Positions 26,421 to 43,250 of a DNA stretch of 64,000 bases are shown here, piece by piece. The notes beneath the pieces were generated by a model. The model was not told the origin of the DNA and did not search any database. It was given only the letters and a program-made list of their open reading frames with translations. This DNA is from the human T2T-CHM13v2.0 reference genome, Homo sapiens. Position 1 is the stretch's first letter. Each line of letters starts with the position of its first letter. The stretch lies in NCBI RefSeq assembly GCF_009914755.1, contig NC_060930.1; one strand, 5' to 3'. Position numbers and translations under genes: made by a program.

Positions 26421-28496
26421 TCTTTGCTCCTTCTTGCCCTGTACTGTTTGTTGAAAATGCTCACTTGCCAGGCTGCTAGGCCTTTTTGCCTCCTGTCTAC
26501 TTCCCTATAAGGACCAGCCTTAGAAACTGATCATTTCTGCTTCAAATATCCACATTTCTCATGGCTCACTAACTAGATTTCTCATGTTGCTCTGAGAGAG
26601 ATCTCTTTTTCCAATCTATTTGCTGAGCAGAGCTGATTAACTTACTTCATTAATTCGTCAAACATTTATTGAGTACCCAATATGTAACTAGCACTATCGT
26701 AGGTTTAAAGGTAAGGAGAAAAACAAAAGTTATTCCCTTCCCACAAGGAGTAGCAGGGGAGACAGGCTTTAATACAAATCCCAGTTCAGTGTGACAGATG
26801 CAAAAATAGAATCGCGTGCCAGGTATGGTGATATGTATCAAGGCAGGAGAGTGTGATTAAATTCTGAGCCCCAGGCTGAGCTTGTCCAGCCCTCCATTTA
26901 ACTGGAACTTGGGCTTGCAGATTTCCTAATCATTACTGTTTGGCAATACAACATTGATTTATATACACTGGGTTGTTAACCAACACAAGAGGGCAGAGAA
27001 TTACTCTTTCACAGCAGCATGCTGTTCAGGGCAGTAGGAAGTTTGCACATTGGAAGGGGTTTCACATGGGATATACGATGCTGAGTAAGAACGGGGATTT
27101 CAGAGGCGGAGTGTGAAATGAGTGAGGGGTTAAGTGACACACTCAAGGAGCAGGGTTGGAAGTGGGAGAGCAGAGAGCCAACAGGAGAGGAAGTGCTCAC
27201 TGCTGAAAGGGAAGAGCTTAGAAGTGGTGAGCTGGAACCACCCTAACTGCTGAGGTCCTGTCCCCACCATGGGGCTTCCTCCTAGGCACTGCTTGGCTGT
27301 TGCCCATTTTCCGAGGTCACTTGGATTGAGAAAATAGAGGGAGTAGCTAAGAACCCTGAGGTTGGTCCCAACCTGGGAAGATGACCTGCAGGGTGGGTGA
27401 CCACCAGCAACTCCGCAGAGGACATCAGCATTTCAAGGTGCTTCGGTCAGTTGAACAAAGATGCCAGAAACAAACAAAACCCAGCTCTTGAAGGATCACC
27501 CTGGGAGGAAATGCCAAGTGCCCAGGACCAAGAGAAGAACTGGCCACTCAAACACTCTGGAGAGGTGGTGTCCAGACCACAGAGCGTACGTGTAGTTGAA
27601 AGATTAAGCGAAATCCTGAGATGCATGCAGACGAATGCAGGGGGTTGAAAATGACTCACAAAGCAATCCTCTCATTACTTCCAATGATTGACTGACCCTT
27701 TCTGGGATATAGGTGCTTCATTCTATGCCGTGGGTGTGATTAAGTAGGATTTTTGTAAACAGAATTCTTTTTAAAATATGCCTAGACAAGTTACTGGTTA
27801 AAGAAAGGCAAAAGATAGCTAATCTTTATTTACAAGGATTGAATTTTTTTCATGAGTTTTTTTATTATTAAGAAGTGGGATCAATCCTTCAGCAAAATTG
27901 TTCAGGGGACAAGATCTTTTTTGAATATGTTCAGCTTTCTATAGCTTGCTGAGAAACCTCTAGCTTCTGATGAGCTGCCTGGTTGCCCAGAGCACCTATT
28001 GGTGGGTTCTTTAACCAGTTTTATCCCTCCCCTCCAACCTCTCCTCACCCCAGAGAGGCCTTTCCTGATCTATGTAAGTCTTATAAAAAAAAAAAAAAAG
28101 TAAGTTACCTGTTCTATATCCCATTCTCTAAGCATGCTACTCTTTGCAAACGTGGTAAGAGTATTAATGGATTAAGCATTTATGGGAACATTTGGTAAAG
28201 GCTTTTGAACTAGTGCCTTAATCCAAAGGAATATTTATAATGGTCTTGTGGAAGATAGTTAGAGGAGGTATTTTTGGCTTAGGAGGTTTTCTAATACTCC
28301 CAAACACTCCAGCCAGTAGCTCCTACTGGGAGCTGGACATGAGTTGAAAAATTCCAAATCCAAATGAATTATATCTACTCAAAGCTCCATCATGAAAGAG
28401 GCTCAGAGGAGAGCAACAATAGCCCTTAGTACTGGAAAATAATTTCGAGAAAAATTAAAAGAAATGAGACTCTCCAGAGTGGAGAAGAGAATGCTA

Positions 28497-29168
<672 letters not shown>

Positions 29169-29565
29169 ATCCAGCCCTGGAATGAGCCTCCTGCTTAGCT
29201 GTCCTAAGTGGCTGTTCTGAGTGTTCATGAGGTGGAAACGAGAAGGAATTTCAGTTAGGCTGGTGAAGGTGGTTAGGAAAAATATGGAGGCCTTAAGAGA
29301 GTCTGATTTAAACAGTCTGACCTTGGGCCTGGACCTGAGTATTTCTTAAAAGGTCCCCAGGTGATTCTAAGGTACAGCCAGGGCTGAGAGCCACTGGGCT
29401 AGAGGAAGAATTTCCACAAAGTGAGAGCGTTTACACACTGAAGTGAACGCTTTAGGATGGTTTCCTCATCTCTTGTGTCGAAGTTTCAGAACTGAGAGGA
29501 GACTGAAATATCATGGAGTCCAAGCCTCATTTTGCAGATGATGGAAGGTCAGCATTGGGTTTTAG

Positions 29566-29947
<382 letters not shown>

Positions 29948-30238
29948 TCCTTTTCTTTTTTTTTAACCTGGAAGAGGTTTTCAAACTCTTTTTCAGTCTA
30001 GGGTGAATTTAGAGGGATGTGCCATTGTTTCCCAACACCCCAGCCAGGTACCTTTAAATTGTGAGGTGCCACTGGGTGCACAGGCTGAGGGTGAGGTTTC
30101 GGGGAGGTTCTCTGTTGATTCTTCCTCTCCAGAGAAGGGCTCAGTCCTGAGGCTATGATTCACGCCCCACATTTGCAGGGCTATTGCGCCTTCACGAGTT
30201 CTTGCTAACATAATGGGCAATTTCTGCCAGAAAGTTAA

Positions 30239-30599
<361 letters not shown>

Positions 30600-33589
30600 C
30601 AGAGCTGTTTTAATAAAGGTCATAGTTGGGGTTCGCTGTGTTTGACAAGATTCCGTGTACAGTTGACACATAAACGTCACCATATTGTGAGATCTGAGTA
30701 CAGCATCCACAGAATGTTGCACCCCCATGGAGGGTGACAGGACCTATGCTGAAACCCGACTTGTCAGGAGCTGGGATAGCAACTTTCTCCCTTACCGTAC
30801 CTATCCTTCAGTGCCTCTTTTATAAGACAATAAATCCCTCTCTTTTGCTCACTCTTGTTTCTAAAAGTGGGTCACTCTCCAGCGCTTGCCTTTCAGTTTC
30901 CGGGGAATGTCTACTGTCTTCTATGTTCTTGCTTAGCAGTTCAAGTCAAAGAGAATAAAAGAGAGAGAGAGACTAGCCACTTAGGTCATAGAAAGAGTAA
31001 GCTGGAATTTTGTCCTTTGCTCTTTAAGGCTTTGAAACTGATTTGTATGGGATCAGGTTTGTACCAGAAAGGCTAGGGACAGCTTATTATTTAGCTTATT
31101 CTTCCCTGGTTCTAATAGGTCTATTAACCAAGATTCTTAAGAACCTTCTCCTAAACCTCTTTAGAAAAACAACACAAAAAAGCCAAACCCACAGTAATTG
31201 CTGTCTGGGGCCTCTTTCTGAGGATCCCAGAGGAGGTTTACTGGTGATGAATACTGGAACCCCGGAAAAGAACAAATTGGTCTCACAAGCAGCGAGTGAC
31301 AGCCTTTCTGAATACAGCTGCTTTCTTCATTAGAAAACTAAAAATAGCCCTGATCATTGCAGGCTGGTTTCACTTTAAGCCTTCTGCCACATCCATTTGT
31401 CTGTTTCATTGAGGGTTTCTGCATGTCTGTGACACCGTGATACTATTTCAGACTGAAAGTGCGTTGAAGAAATGTTTCCTTTCCCTCCTCCATGTTCAGT
31501 CCAGTGTCTGCAACTGTCCGACACTGTCTCATATGAGGGGACATCACGGGAATCTTCCGGCATCCTTGCCATCCCCATCTGCTTCACTCATTTTTGGAAA
31601 AATAAACACCATCCACACTGCTAGCAAGAATCTACAATTATTTTGGTTTTGGTTTTTTTTTTTCCCCAAGGAAATGTTCATTGCCCGTGAGGTTTTCTAT
31701 GGGTAGCTCATGAAATATGTTGCAGTGACTACACTTTCCAACTGATGTAGGGTTTTACTAGGTTCTCTACTCAGGCTTAGCTTGAGGAGACACTTTCTTT
31801 TTTCCTGTAGCCGGCTGTGTTTGTGGCCACTAGTAAAGCCAGTTTCCTTTCCAGCTCCAAAAGGGATAGGGAAACCCATTGGAGGGTAGCCTCTGTGAGT
31901 CCATCCATCTGATCTGGGAGAACGTTTGCTGAGACCTTTCCCTCCCTAATGAAATTGGTTTTGAGTTATACTTGGAGGTGGCACCATGACTATAGCAAGG
32001 TGGGTTCCTTGTGTGGTTTAGAGCAGTCTGACATCCTTATCCTTCACCCTTTCAGCATCCAGGGTATTGAGGAAATGGAACATAAAAGAGGCAAAAATTG
32101 GGGGAAGAACGAAATAAATCAACCTACTGCTTAATACTATTCATTTACAAAAGGTGTACTCACAAAACACGCATACGAACTCATAACAGGAATCATTTAC
32201 AATTAAAATGTGGAAAATAAGCCTCAATCTTAAATTCGATTCACATTGTGTATACATTTGTATATACAAAAGTATGATTTTAATGGCTTTAATAGAACTG
32301 AAAATCCTAAAGATGAGAGCTAATGTTGCTATGGAAACTTTGCATGTCTTGACTGCAGAACTCTTAGTTTAAATTTGCAAACTTAGTATCACATTAGCTT
32401 TGTTCACATTAGATTTCTGGTTGGTCTTTTAAAAAGATAAAAGGAGAAAAATGACTTATCATCTTAGTGCTTCCTGTTATACTCATAGCCAAAGGAGAGG
32501 GTGGTTTGTGATCATTTGACACTTTTTTTTTTTTTGGCTGAACAAGGAAACCTCCACAAAGGCGCTTACATAAGGGCTATGCAGGGTGAAGATTTTGTAG
32601 CCAAGCATGATTTATTCAGTTTGAAAATTTTCAAAATTTGAATGGCTTATTTTTCTCATAGAATTTAGATGTGTAAGCATGATTCGACAGCCAGGTGGTT
32701 CATGGATTTAAAACTAAATTTTACAGAGCTCGAAGCCCTTTAAAGAGTGGAAAAGCGACGGAGCACAGCACTCAGAGGCACGGAGATGCCTGCAGCCCTG
32801 TGCTCATTTGCTGCCACCACGCACTCTACTGTACTATGGAATTGGGCCCTACGTAGCAGCAATGTGAAAAGAATGCCATTTGGAAAACTGCTGCAGTCAT
32901 AATTTGAGAGGCTGAGTCTCCCTGTCCCCACCCTTTCTCCATTATCTCCTGCCTGCTCTCAGCCTGGCCTCAGCCGTGGGGCTCATGGCAGAAGCTTTGG
33001 CAGCCTGGAAGCTTCGTGGGCTTTGGAGTCAGGTAGGCCTGGGTGTATGTAAAGGGAGCTCCACCATGAGGCACATTATTTAACCTCTTTGCGCTTTATT
33101 GTCCTCACCACACAGGGATAATCGTGCTCATGCCACACGGATGTTGTAAGAATTTAATAACATATGCAAAATACTGAGTTCTTTACTCAAAACACAGCAG
33201 GCTTTCAGTCAATCATCTTTCCCTCCAGTTGAAAAATGTGCATCATCAGAGCCTTTGGGGACATGAAGGGGGCAAACTGGATTTGGGCTGTATCTGCTGA
33301 GTTGTTGTGAAGTGAATGTAAACTCCTCTTTCTCTCCCACCTCCACTATTACGCATTTGGATGGTTTCTGCCTAAATTATACAGATCATCTATTTATTCT
33401 GATACTCATTTACTTGTACTGTGATGGCCTTATCTTGTTCCCTACTATATTTTTAGTGTCTGGCATAAGGCCTGGCATAATACATACGTGTCGAATGCAG
33501 GGCAAAATGTGGGAGTATCAGGCACATATATTGGTGCAGGGGGGCCTCTACCTTTAAAATCTTTAAAAAATTGAAAACAAAATTAAGTA

Positions 33590-33672
33590 CTGGGCTTAGG
33601 AAGGGGCCCATGCAAGTGTGGTACCCTGACGCTACAGCTCTGTGAGCTTCAGAGGAAACCTACCTCTCTCTG
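33590..33672. mobile_element. MER53-like hAT half element
   Basis: gaaggggcccatgcaagtg..ccctga..agcttca..aaacctacctct matches the recalled MER53 terminus. Confidence 0.55.
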
Positions 33673-33945
33673 AAGAAGTGAATGTGGTCCTGAGTAGTCA
33701 GCTGATGAATGAGGATATGCCTTTTCTGTGATCTTGTACTGTGCTGTCACCCAGTTTGGTCCTATGATGATTGACTTTAGATCGGCTACTTGAGATGTAG
33801 GCTAATGATGAGAAACCATTATACAAGGTATGTCCTGAGGTATGAAACGAACAGCCATGAGACTTTAGAGTGTCATCGGAAAAATTCAGACTCTGGCTTT
33901 TATCAATGACAATTAACTTAATTAACAATTAAAAACTAACATGTA

Positions 33946-34245
<300 letters not shown>

Positions 34246-34251
34246 CTAACA

Positions 34252-34637
34252 TGTATTACTCTGCTAGGGGGCTGCCATAACAAAAAACCACAGACTGAGT
34301 GGCTTAAAGAACAGATATTTATTTCTCATAGTTCTTGAGTCTGGAAAGTCCAAGATCAAAAGACCCATTCAGTATCTGGTGAAGGCTCTCTTCCTGACTT
34401 GAAGATGGCACCCTTCTCACTGTGTTCTCACATGGCCTTTCTTCTGTGTGTGCAGAGAGAGATCACTCTTTCTTCCTCTTTTTATAAGACCACCAGTCCT
34501 ATTGGATTAGGACCCCATCCTTATGACCTCATTTAACATTAATTTCCTCCTTTAGCAAGAACTATTTTCAAACAGTCATATTGGGAGTTAAAATTTCAAC
34601 ATATGCAGCTGGGGGAGACACAATTTAGTCCATAGAA
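34252..34637. mobile_element. MLT1A/MLT1A0 MaLR LTR
   Basis: tgtatt..ggctgccataacaaa..cacagactgagtggcttaaa; tataag..accagtcctattggattagg; ggggagacacaatttagtccata. Confidence 0.88.
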
Positions 34638-37139
34638 CCTGTAAGGCCTACTTCTGCTTTGCCTCTGGCTCTCATTTGAGGACTCACTTGCCCCCTTGGG
34701 CATCGATCTAAGATATGGGGAGAGTATTAGAACAGGTGGGGTAGAAAAATGACCCCCAGGAGGTAGAACCAAAATGGTGCCATGCAATAGATCAGCTTAT
34801 CCAACCGGATGTTGAGTTGCTGCATTATGTTGAAAGGAGGTAGCAGGCATTTCCTTGGTCTCTGATAAACATTTGCTTTCTTCCCTCCCCCCTTTTATGT
34901 TATGTTTACTCCTCTGTTTTCTTCTTTCCTTCTTGTTTTCCTTTTCCTCCTTTCTTCCTTCATTTCCAAAAGTACAGTCAGACACGGTGATTATTCTTGG
35001 TCCTTTTAATGATGGTTATCTGCTATTGATTCTCCCAAAATGAAAGGGCTGACTTTGGGGAAAGGAGCAGGAGAGCAGAGGGGTAGAATAGATGTGGGGG
35101 TGGGGAGGGAAAGTGGTGATAGGGTAGGGGTGGTGGCAGTGCAGGACAAGAGAATGACTGTGTTGTATCACGGCAGGGAGGCATGTGCTGACACAGAGCA
35201 GGAAATACCCCCACTCGATGACTCTGGGTCTCAATTTTCTCATCAGTTAAAAAATATGCCAGAGTAGAAAATCCCCAAGGTGCCTTCCATCTTTAATGTT
35301 CATTACCCTCGGTAGCTCCTTCTACCTTACCTTATGGGGAAATGGCATTGATAAATAAGGCTTTTTGTGTGCCTTGTAAGAAAATCATCATGTGAATTCA
35401 AAGTATTGCTCAAATTAATTCTAATGAGGTTCAGGGGGAAAAACAAGTAACAACCAAAACTCTTTAATAAAGTGTTCTAAAAAGAAAAAAAGAATTATCG
35501 CCCACTTCTGCACTTCCTGCTTTTGGCAGGGACTAGAAGTGGAAATCTGAAAACACTGTGAGACAGTCTGTTCTCATGGTATTTCTAGCTGAGAACAGGA
35601 AGGAGGGGAGATCTCATATGAGTGAGAGAGCCTGTTTTTCAGTGATTAGCAGGCCAAAGAAGCTTCACTGGGCAATCAAGCTTGACAGCACCTCCAAAAG
35701 TTTTACCTTTATTTGGTCAGCATGGCAGATTTTGCCGGCAGCATCATCACAATCACCAAGGAGGCAGCTATCTCCCATCATTAGTACTGAGGGGCTACCT
35801 CTCTGAGGCTGGGTGTTGGGTGCTGGAGACCCAGACGTAAGCAATGTGGCCCCTACCCTTCTGGAGTGTATAACAAAGCTGGAAGGATAAGGTATCTATA
35901 AATGAAAAATAATTACAATTCGAAGTAGCATACGCCAAGTGCTGAATTTGCCATGCAGACAATGCTAGGAAGGCGCCGTCCGCACATTTCTGGAAATTCC
36001 TGATGAATTTGCATTTGCTCTCCACCCCACCATGGTGCTCTCATCACTTATCACAGAAATATTTTGCACCTTTAGGCAAAACACGTCTCTTCATTCCTTT
36101 AACTCTTTTGCCCATCTCCAGTCACAACAGACTTCCCTGTGTGTAATGCAGATGAATCATTGAGGCTGAATCATGTTAACAATAAGCGTTCAATGATTAA
36201 TGCATATTGATTGGTTGGGCATGCAGGAACCAACCAGAAAAATCCCAAAGTCTAGACTAGATTGCCTCGTCCCTAATTACCTGCCAGAGAGTTACGTGTA
36301 CTGGCATCTAAAGCTGCAGCAGATATTCTAGGGAATGCCCTTGCTCGCTGACTCCATTAGACGTCATAAATATCCTAAGGTGAGCGTCCATGACATCTTT
36401 ACATCTAGGGCCAATCAAGGGCTCAGGTACAAGGGTGAGCATTCCCTCTCACCCTTTCACTCCAGCCTCCAGGTGCAGAATACAGGAATCGCCCTTGTGA
36501 GAGCAATTCTCTCACCTACTAAGTGGAAAACTTTCCTGGAAAAAGATAAAAAAAAAGATTTGATTTTCCCCTAGAGATAATGTAGTCATAAGGATTATGT
36601 TCTGAACAAGGAATTGAAATTCAGTGCTTTATTGAAATGACCACCATTATCATGTTTAATCAACTATTTAATTAAATCTGGGTGATAGTCCTATACGGTG
36701 AATAGTAAAATGCTTACTAAAGGGCATGCAAATTCGACAGATACAGTTGGAGCCCATCACGTTGAATTGACTACAAGGTTTTAACCTGGGTGGCTACTTT
36801 GTGCCATGAACCAGTTGGGAGGCTGGAGGAATGCATTCAGTTATGGCATGGAATTCAGAAGTATTTCTTTGGATTAATTTTTCCTGGATCTTTGAGAAAA
36901 CCTAGGATTGCTTCATGACTTTTATTTCATGTTGGGGATACAAAAATGAAGAAGACACAGGCCCAGCCATCGAAGGAGCATACAAGCCAGCTACCCAAAT
37001 ACATACAGATACCCAAACACAGGGGTTAAGAGGACTTTGGGTGTGGGGCTCTGCAGACTGGGAGTTGAGCATAAAATGTGACAATCATCAATGTTACAAA
37101 CCAGAATGCTGATATCAGGTAGTCATGTTTAAGAATTAC

Positions 37140-37620
37140 ATACTCCCAAATTTTTTATTACATATTAATTGTAGGAAATTTATAAAATAAAGGCACAAAA
37201 ATGAAAGTAAAATCACTCCTACTGTCACCCAACGAGAATCACTGTTAAAATGCTGCTCTATAGCATTCTAGTCATTTTTCTTTGCATTCTTAGGTGGAAT
37301 TCTTAGTAGAATCACATTGTCTGTTATTTTACAAACTGTTCTTTTCATTTAACAATATGCTGTGAGATATACCATGATTATTTTCCCACACAATTTGCTG
37401 TCCTGCTACACCATGATGGTTTTTAATGGTTTTATAATGTTATGTCCTTTGGCTACACCGCGCTTTATTTATCCAGTCTCCTAGAGTAGGACATTAAGAC
37501 AGTTTTCAGTGCTTCACTAATATAAACAACGCTGTGATGAGAATCTTTGTATATAAATATTTGTGCATCTCGCTGATTATTTCCTTAGGATAAATTTCTA
37601 GAAATGAAATTGCTATATTA
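37140..37620 (-). mobile_element. Old L1ME 3' region
   Basis: tttatttatccagtctcct..ggacattaagac..tataaacaacgctgtgatgagaatctttgtatata..tttccttaggataaatttctagaaatg. Confidence 0.65.
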
Positions 37621-38347
37621 TAGGCATGGAAATCCAAGCCTGGCAGCATGGCTAATATTGAGATTGCAAAACAGGCATGATGAGAAACTGACCCATATAT
37701 TTCAGCAATGCTTGTGTTTTTGTTTTATGGTTCCTTTATATTGTGTAAACAATATAGTGTGATCTTAGACATAAAAATGTTGGTCATCCTGGGTCTGGCA
37801 GCAGAGTCTACCTACTGTTGGCTGCCATTTTGTCAACACTGGCACTTGTACTCTAAATGTGGCCAACACAACTAGATTTATCTGCCACTAAAATGCACAA
37901 ACAGAGCCTTACTTACCCAGAATGTTCTGTCTTTTGAGTCCTTGTTGCATTTTTACTTCACAGGGTCAGAATTACAATTCTGGGCTGATACATGATTAAA
38001 CTCAAGAGCAAACAATGAGTTTGATAATACATCCACAATGTAGGGAAAAAATGTTTATCTCCGCTACATGCAAGGTGTATTACTTTTAAAAAGTAGGTCA
38101 CAACTTCAGCTAGAGCATTCCATGTTAGCAGTCATATTTAGGGTGAAAATGTCATTTGACTATCAGCTAAGGGCACTGCTATTTTCATAAATATACTGAG
38201 AGGTACGTATTTAAAAGGAAGTGGCCAAAGGCACCTTACTCAGTGTTTTAATGTTCTGCTTTCAGAATTGTTAGTGCATGAGATCCATAAGTTAGTGTAT
38301 GAGATCCGTAAGTAATTATATGTTTCCATATATATGGAAATATATAA

Positions 38348-38742
<395 letters not shown>

Positions 38743-39024
38743 TGAAAGCCAGTTCTGTGCCTGAAACATGATTCAGCCAATGCCCTCCAAAGCTTATAGT
38801 CTAGTGCAGGAACAGAAAGTTAAAAAGCCTTTAGAGTACAGTGTCATGTAGTACTGGATCTCTGTTCCTCTTCTTCCTTTGAGTCTGCTACACCCTGTCC
38901 TTTCCCATCCCCTACATCCATATTTCCAGAAAGAGCCTGGGGGCTAGGGCCAAGATGACTCAGGGGTTCTGTGGGGCCCAACAGAGGCTGGGACCCAGGG
39001 AGCACCCGCTGGAGCAGGCTCACT

Positions 39025-39350
39025 GCTGCGGCTCTGCCTGGAACATTTGTGGAGCCTGGGGCCAGAGTACAAATTGAGGCCACTTACCATCTGTCGAAAT
39101 ATATAAAAATTGTAAATCAAGTTAATAAGCTGTGAACTGAAATATAGCTTCAGATGGACAAAATTGAAAAAACGTGTAAAGCTATGGTTTTTATATGATG
39201 GAAAGTTGGAAGACTATCAAGCAGTGGGATTTAATTATTGTCATATATGGGTGTTCTGTTGATGGCAGGTTTGCGTAAGTGAAAAAGGATACGTACTCTC
39301 CTGGGAAAAACAGTGATTGTCTCTGGGGATTGGGACCGATGCATGAAGAG
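39025..39350. mobile_element. hAT-Tip100 fragment (MER115/Zaphod-like)
   Basis: gagtacaaattgaggccacttaccatctgtcgaaatatataaaaattgtaaatcaag resembles the recalled consensus. Confidence 0.5.
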
Positions 39351-40772
39351 GGGTCTTTTACTTCTTGATTTAGGTAACTTCTAAAAAACAATGAGATTAT
39401 GGAAATTTTTTTTCCTCTGTTTTCTCTGTTTTTCAAATTTTCTAAAATAATCATGAATTGCTTAGGTATTTTGAAAGAAAAATAAAACTAAAAAGAAAGA
39501 AAAGTTAAGACTAGAAAATCATTCTAGGATTAGAAAGTGTCCCATTAAGTTGAATTTCCAGAAAAAGATTGTATTTAAATTTTTAGACCTATCTGATTAT
39601 ATCCCACAAAGTTAAGAAATTGATTAAAGTTAACCCCAGAAGCACTAAACAATTTTCTTCCAGAGGTCATGGAGGAACTGGAAAAATGCCCAACCATCAA
39701 AAAATGGGCAAATAGAGAAACTATATTTTAAAAAGAGAATGGGTACAACCAAGGAACTTATTGCCTGATATTTCCAGGCATAGTATTTTTACAAATAATC
39801 AAATATCTATTTTTCAATGAGCTTAGACATTTTAGAATTTGGATAATTTCTATAATAAGATATTTCATTTACTTAGCGATTTCAGCTTTTCAAAGTGTTT
39901 CCTGTCAGTTGTCTCATTTTATCCTTACAAGGACTCAGTGAGAGAAGGAAGATGTCATCCCCATTTTCCAGGTAAAGAAAGTGAGGCTTAAAGAATTGAG
40001 ATTGGGCCCAGGTCCTACGATTGGCCCCCTGTTGAATAAGGACCAGAGCATCGGTCTCTTGGATCTCAGTCCAGTTCCTTCGCCACGGTGCTATTAATAA
40101 GTGTACACAATGAATTTTCTAGAATGTGCATGTATTTCTAAAAAGTTTTGTAAATGTCTCTACTTTTTTTTAAAAATTTGTTTTTTATGAAACTCACTTG
40201 AAAAAGGCAGCCAAAATTTCTCTATGAGCCACTAAAGAATATTCAGCACCCGTTTTAAGAGATGCCTGACTCCCCTATAAGTAATTCCACAAATGAAGAT
40301 CTTTATAGAAAGTGCTAATTAGTGCTAAGTACCTTTAGAGATGCCTTCCAGGCTAATGTCCAAGGATGTACCAGGTGGGGGAGGAAGTTATAATAACCTT
40401 TCCCTCAGGGACTCAGCTGATTTTCTGTGGTGAGGAGAGACTATAAGATTATTTTACTTAGTGCTTATGATATGCATATGTTAATATTATTATAAGACCG
40501 GCAGTATCTCAGTTACTTAATCAGTTTTTTCCATTACTATTATCTTGTAATAGTCAGCATTTTACCCATTCTCTTAAAAAATACACTTTGGGAAGGTAAT
40601 TTGATTTTTGTGAATTAATTTTTTAATTAATTAGAGTTTAAAATGTTTCTAATTTAACTTATAGTTTATTCATTATGGTTTTAGTGCAATACATACAGAG
40701 AAGCCAAACAATCTTCCATCCCCACATCACACATACCTAGGTCAACAGCCATAAATAACTGAGGCTGTCATC

Positions 40773-41067
<295 letters not shown>

Positions 41068-41422
41068 TTATTTTATTTAATGCAAAATCTGAAAAAAAAA
41101 AAATCTAGAACTTCATGTAAAAGGCTATTGCTCAATTAAAACAGAGCAAAACAAGGGGTGTTTTCTGAAGGGTGCTCCCTGATGGAGGTATTTTGGGATG
41201 TGTATGGCTCCCTGTCTTGCCTAAGTCTGAAAGTGAACAGCATTTTCACTGTAATGATGTAATCATTGCCGTTGACAGATTGGAGATAAAAAAATTTAAA
41301 ACATGGACATCGGACCATTTTTTCCCTAGGGCAGAAGTCTACAGTTCTGTAGATAAATACATTTTCTCCATATGCATGCATTTTATTCATGTCCTTAGCA
41401 TGATTGTGTTGACACACTAATA

Positions 41423-41502
41423 TTAGGTTGGTGCAAAAGTTATTGCAGTTGTTGCAATTAAGAGTAGTGGCAAAAACTACAATTATGTTTGCATCAAGCT
41501 AA
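41423..41502. mobile_element. MADE1 (Hsmar1-derived 80-bp MITE)
   Basis: ttaggttggtgcaaaagt...tttgcatcaagctaa, exactly 80 bp, TA on both sides. Confidence 0.93.
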
Positions 41503-42939
41503 TATAATTAATCTGGCCTATTGGAGAAATAAGCAGATTGCTCACATTCTTAGAAAAAGAGCACCTGCTTTCATTCACTGATTTTGTGACAGCTTTGACG
41601 ACAATAGCAAAATAATTATAGTAAGAAGCCACTAGCAGGCCTTAGCATTTGCATCGTAGGGTCATAATTGGACTAAAACTGTTAAGAAGCATGAGAAGGT
41701 CAGCTTTCCACTGCCTTTAGCATTTGTGTAACACTGGGGAAGTATTAATGCATCTGTTATTTTAGCTGGGCACCAGCCATTCAGAAAGCTAAAAGCAGCC
41801 ATATCTAAGCCTTTTTAAGTTTTCTTAGCCATTGACTCATGCCTTATCCCCTCAGTTGATGGCAACCTGACTTTAGCCAAGCAAACAATATGCTAACAGC
41901 ACAAACAAAATTGGTCCCTCTCCTTTTTAGAGCTGAGGAATATACTTAACAAAACCTGTGTATTTCCATGCACATAAGTCCCTAAGCACTACATTTCAGT
42001 GGTTTACACATCTAATAACGTCAGGAGCTACTCTTCTACCCAGGCTGTAAACCTAACCAGAGCTATTTTGGCATAACAGATACAGTTTGCAGGGAGATTT
42101 AAATATGATTGTGGCTCATAACTGTCAACAAATAACACAAAGCCTTATACCCTTCATCAGAAAATCTGAATTTCAGGTGTAAAAGTTTATCGAGGAGCTG
42201 CTCCATCTGCCAGGATTGCCTTGCAAAATATGGACAGACATCTAGTTTCTTTGTCCCTGTGTTTTGGAATTTCCAGGAAGCTGGCTTTCCACATTTAATT
42301 GGGAAATGAGAAGGGCGTTGGCGGCAGCATTGCCTGATGGGAAGCATCATGGTAGCTTGGTGGGAGGGGCTTTGTTCTCCTTCCAAACCATCCCAAATGA
42401 ATGAATAAGCAGCGTGCTTGCTATGCCAGTGCAGCACGGAAGTCTCCTACCCACCTTCAGCAGGTTGCCTTTCATTAGCTCCCCGCTACAAAGACATTTT
42501 GTGGTGAAAGTAAAGGCTGACTTGGTGAAGTTATTGGCAAATGTCCTGAACCTCGACCTCCACCTAGAATTTCCCACTCACATACAGTAATAGAACAAGC
42601 CGGAATGAGTACTGAGCTATGTATTTGCATGAGGCTAAGTCTAATTTTAAATTGTGAATCCATTTGAGCTGTGCAGCTCACTTGAGGAAGGATGGAGGAT
42701 TGAGCAATGCATATGTAGAGACTCACTAAAATTTGTTATGTAAATGAATCACCCATACGTACAAGCACTGTGCAACTGTGGTGAACTCGGCACTCACCAT
42801 CCCTATCCTCAAGGGTCTCTTGGGCTAGCGAGGGACAAGAACAATGGCAATTCCAAAGCATTCTTTGACAGAAAAACAACAACAACAATAACAACAAAAC
42901 TAACACACGATGCTATAGTATCAGGCCAGAGGGACAGCC

Positions 42940-43250
42940 AACTCAGGTGTGCAGAAACTGGGAAGATTTCAAGGGAGAAGTTGCATGGAAGTCAGATCCT
43001 GAAGGATGTGTAGACATTAGTTATGGGTAGAGAGGAGGGAGGAATACTCTAGGCAGATGAAAGCCCATGCTTAGCGATCTGTTTTGAGGTAAGAAAGGTG
43101 AGCAAGACATGGTCACAAAGGGCCTTGCAAAGTCGTGTTTTGAAATTTGGGCTTTATCCTATGAGCAGTGCTTAACCCATTGAAGGGTTTAAGCAGATCA
43201 GTGATATGATCAGAATCAGATCTGGGTTTTTTAAAAAAATCATTCTTTGT
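42940..43250. mobile_element. L2 remnant
   Basis: gggccttgcaaag..aatttgggctttatcct..ccattgaagggtttaagcag..gtgatatgatcaga. Confidence 0.65.

Noticed and set aside
39640-39830. Possible second L3/CR1 fragment
   Set aside because: Only a faint resemblance to the W..AN..PIFKKG motif; too decayed to call without an HMM search.
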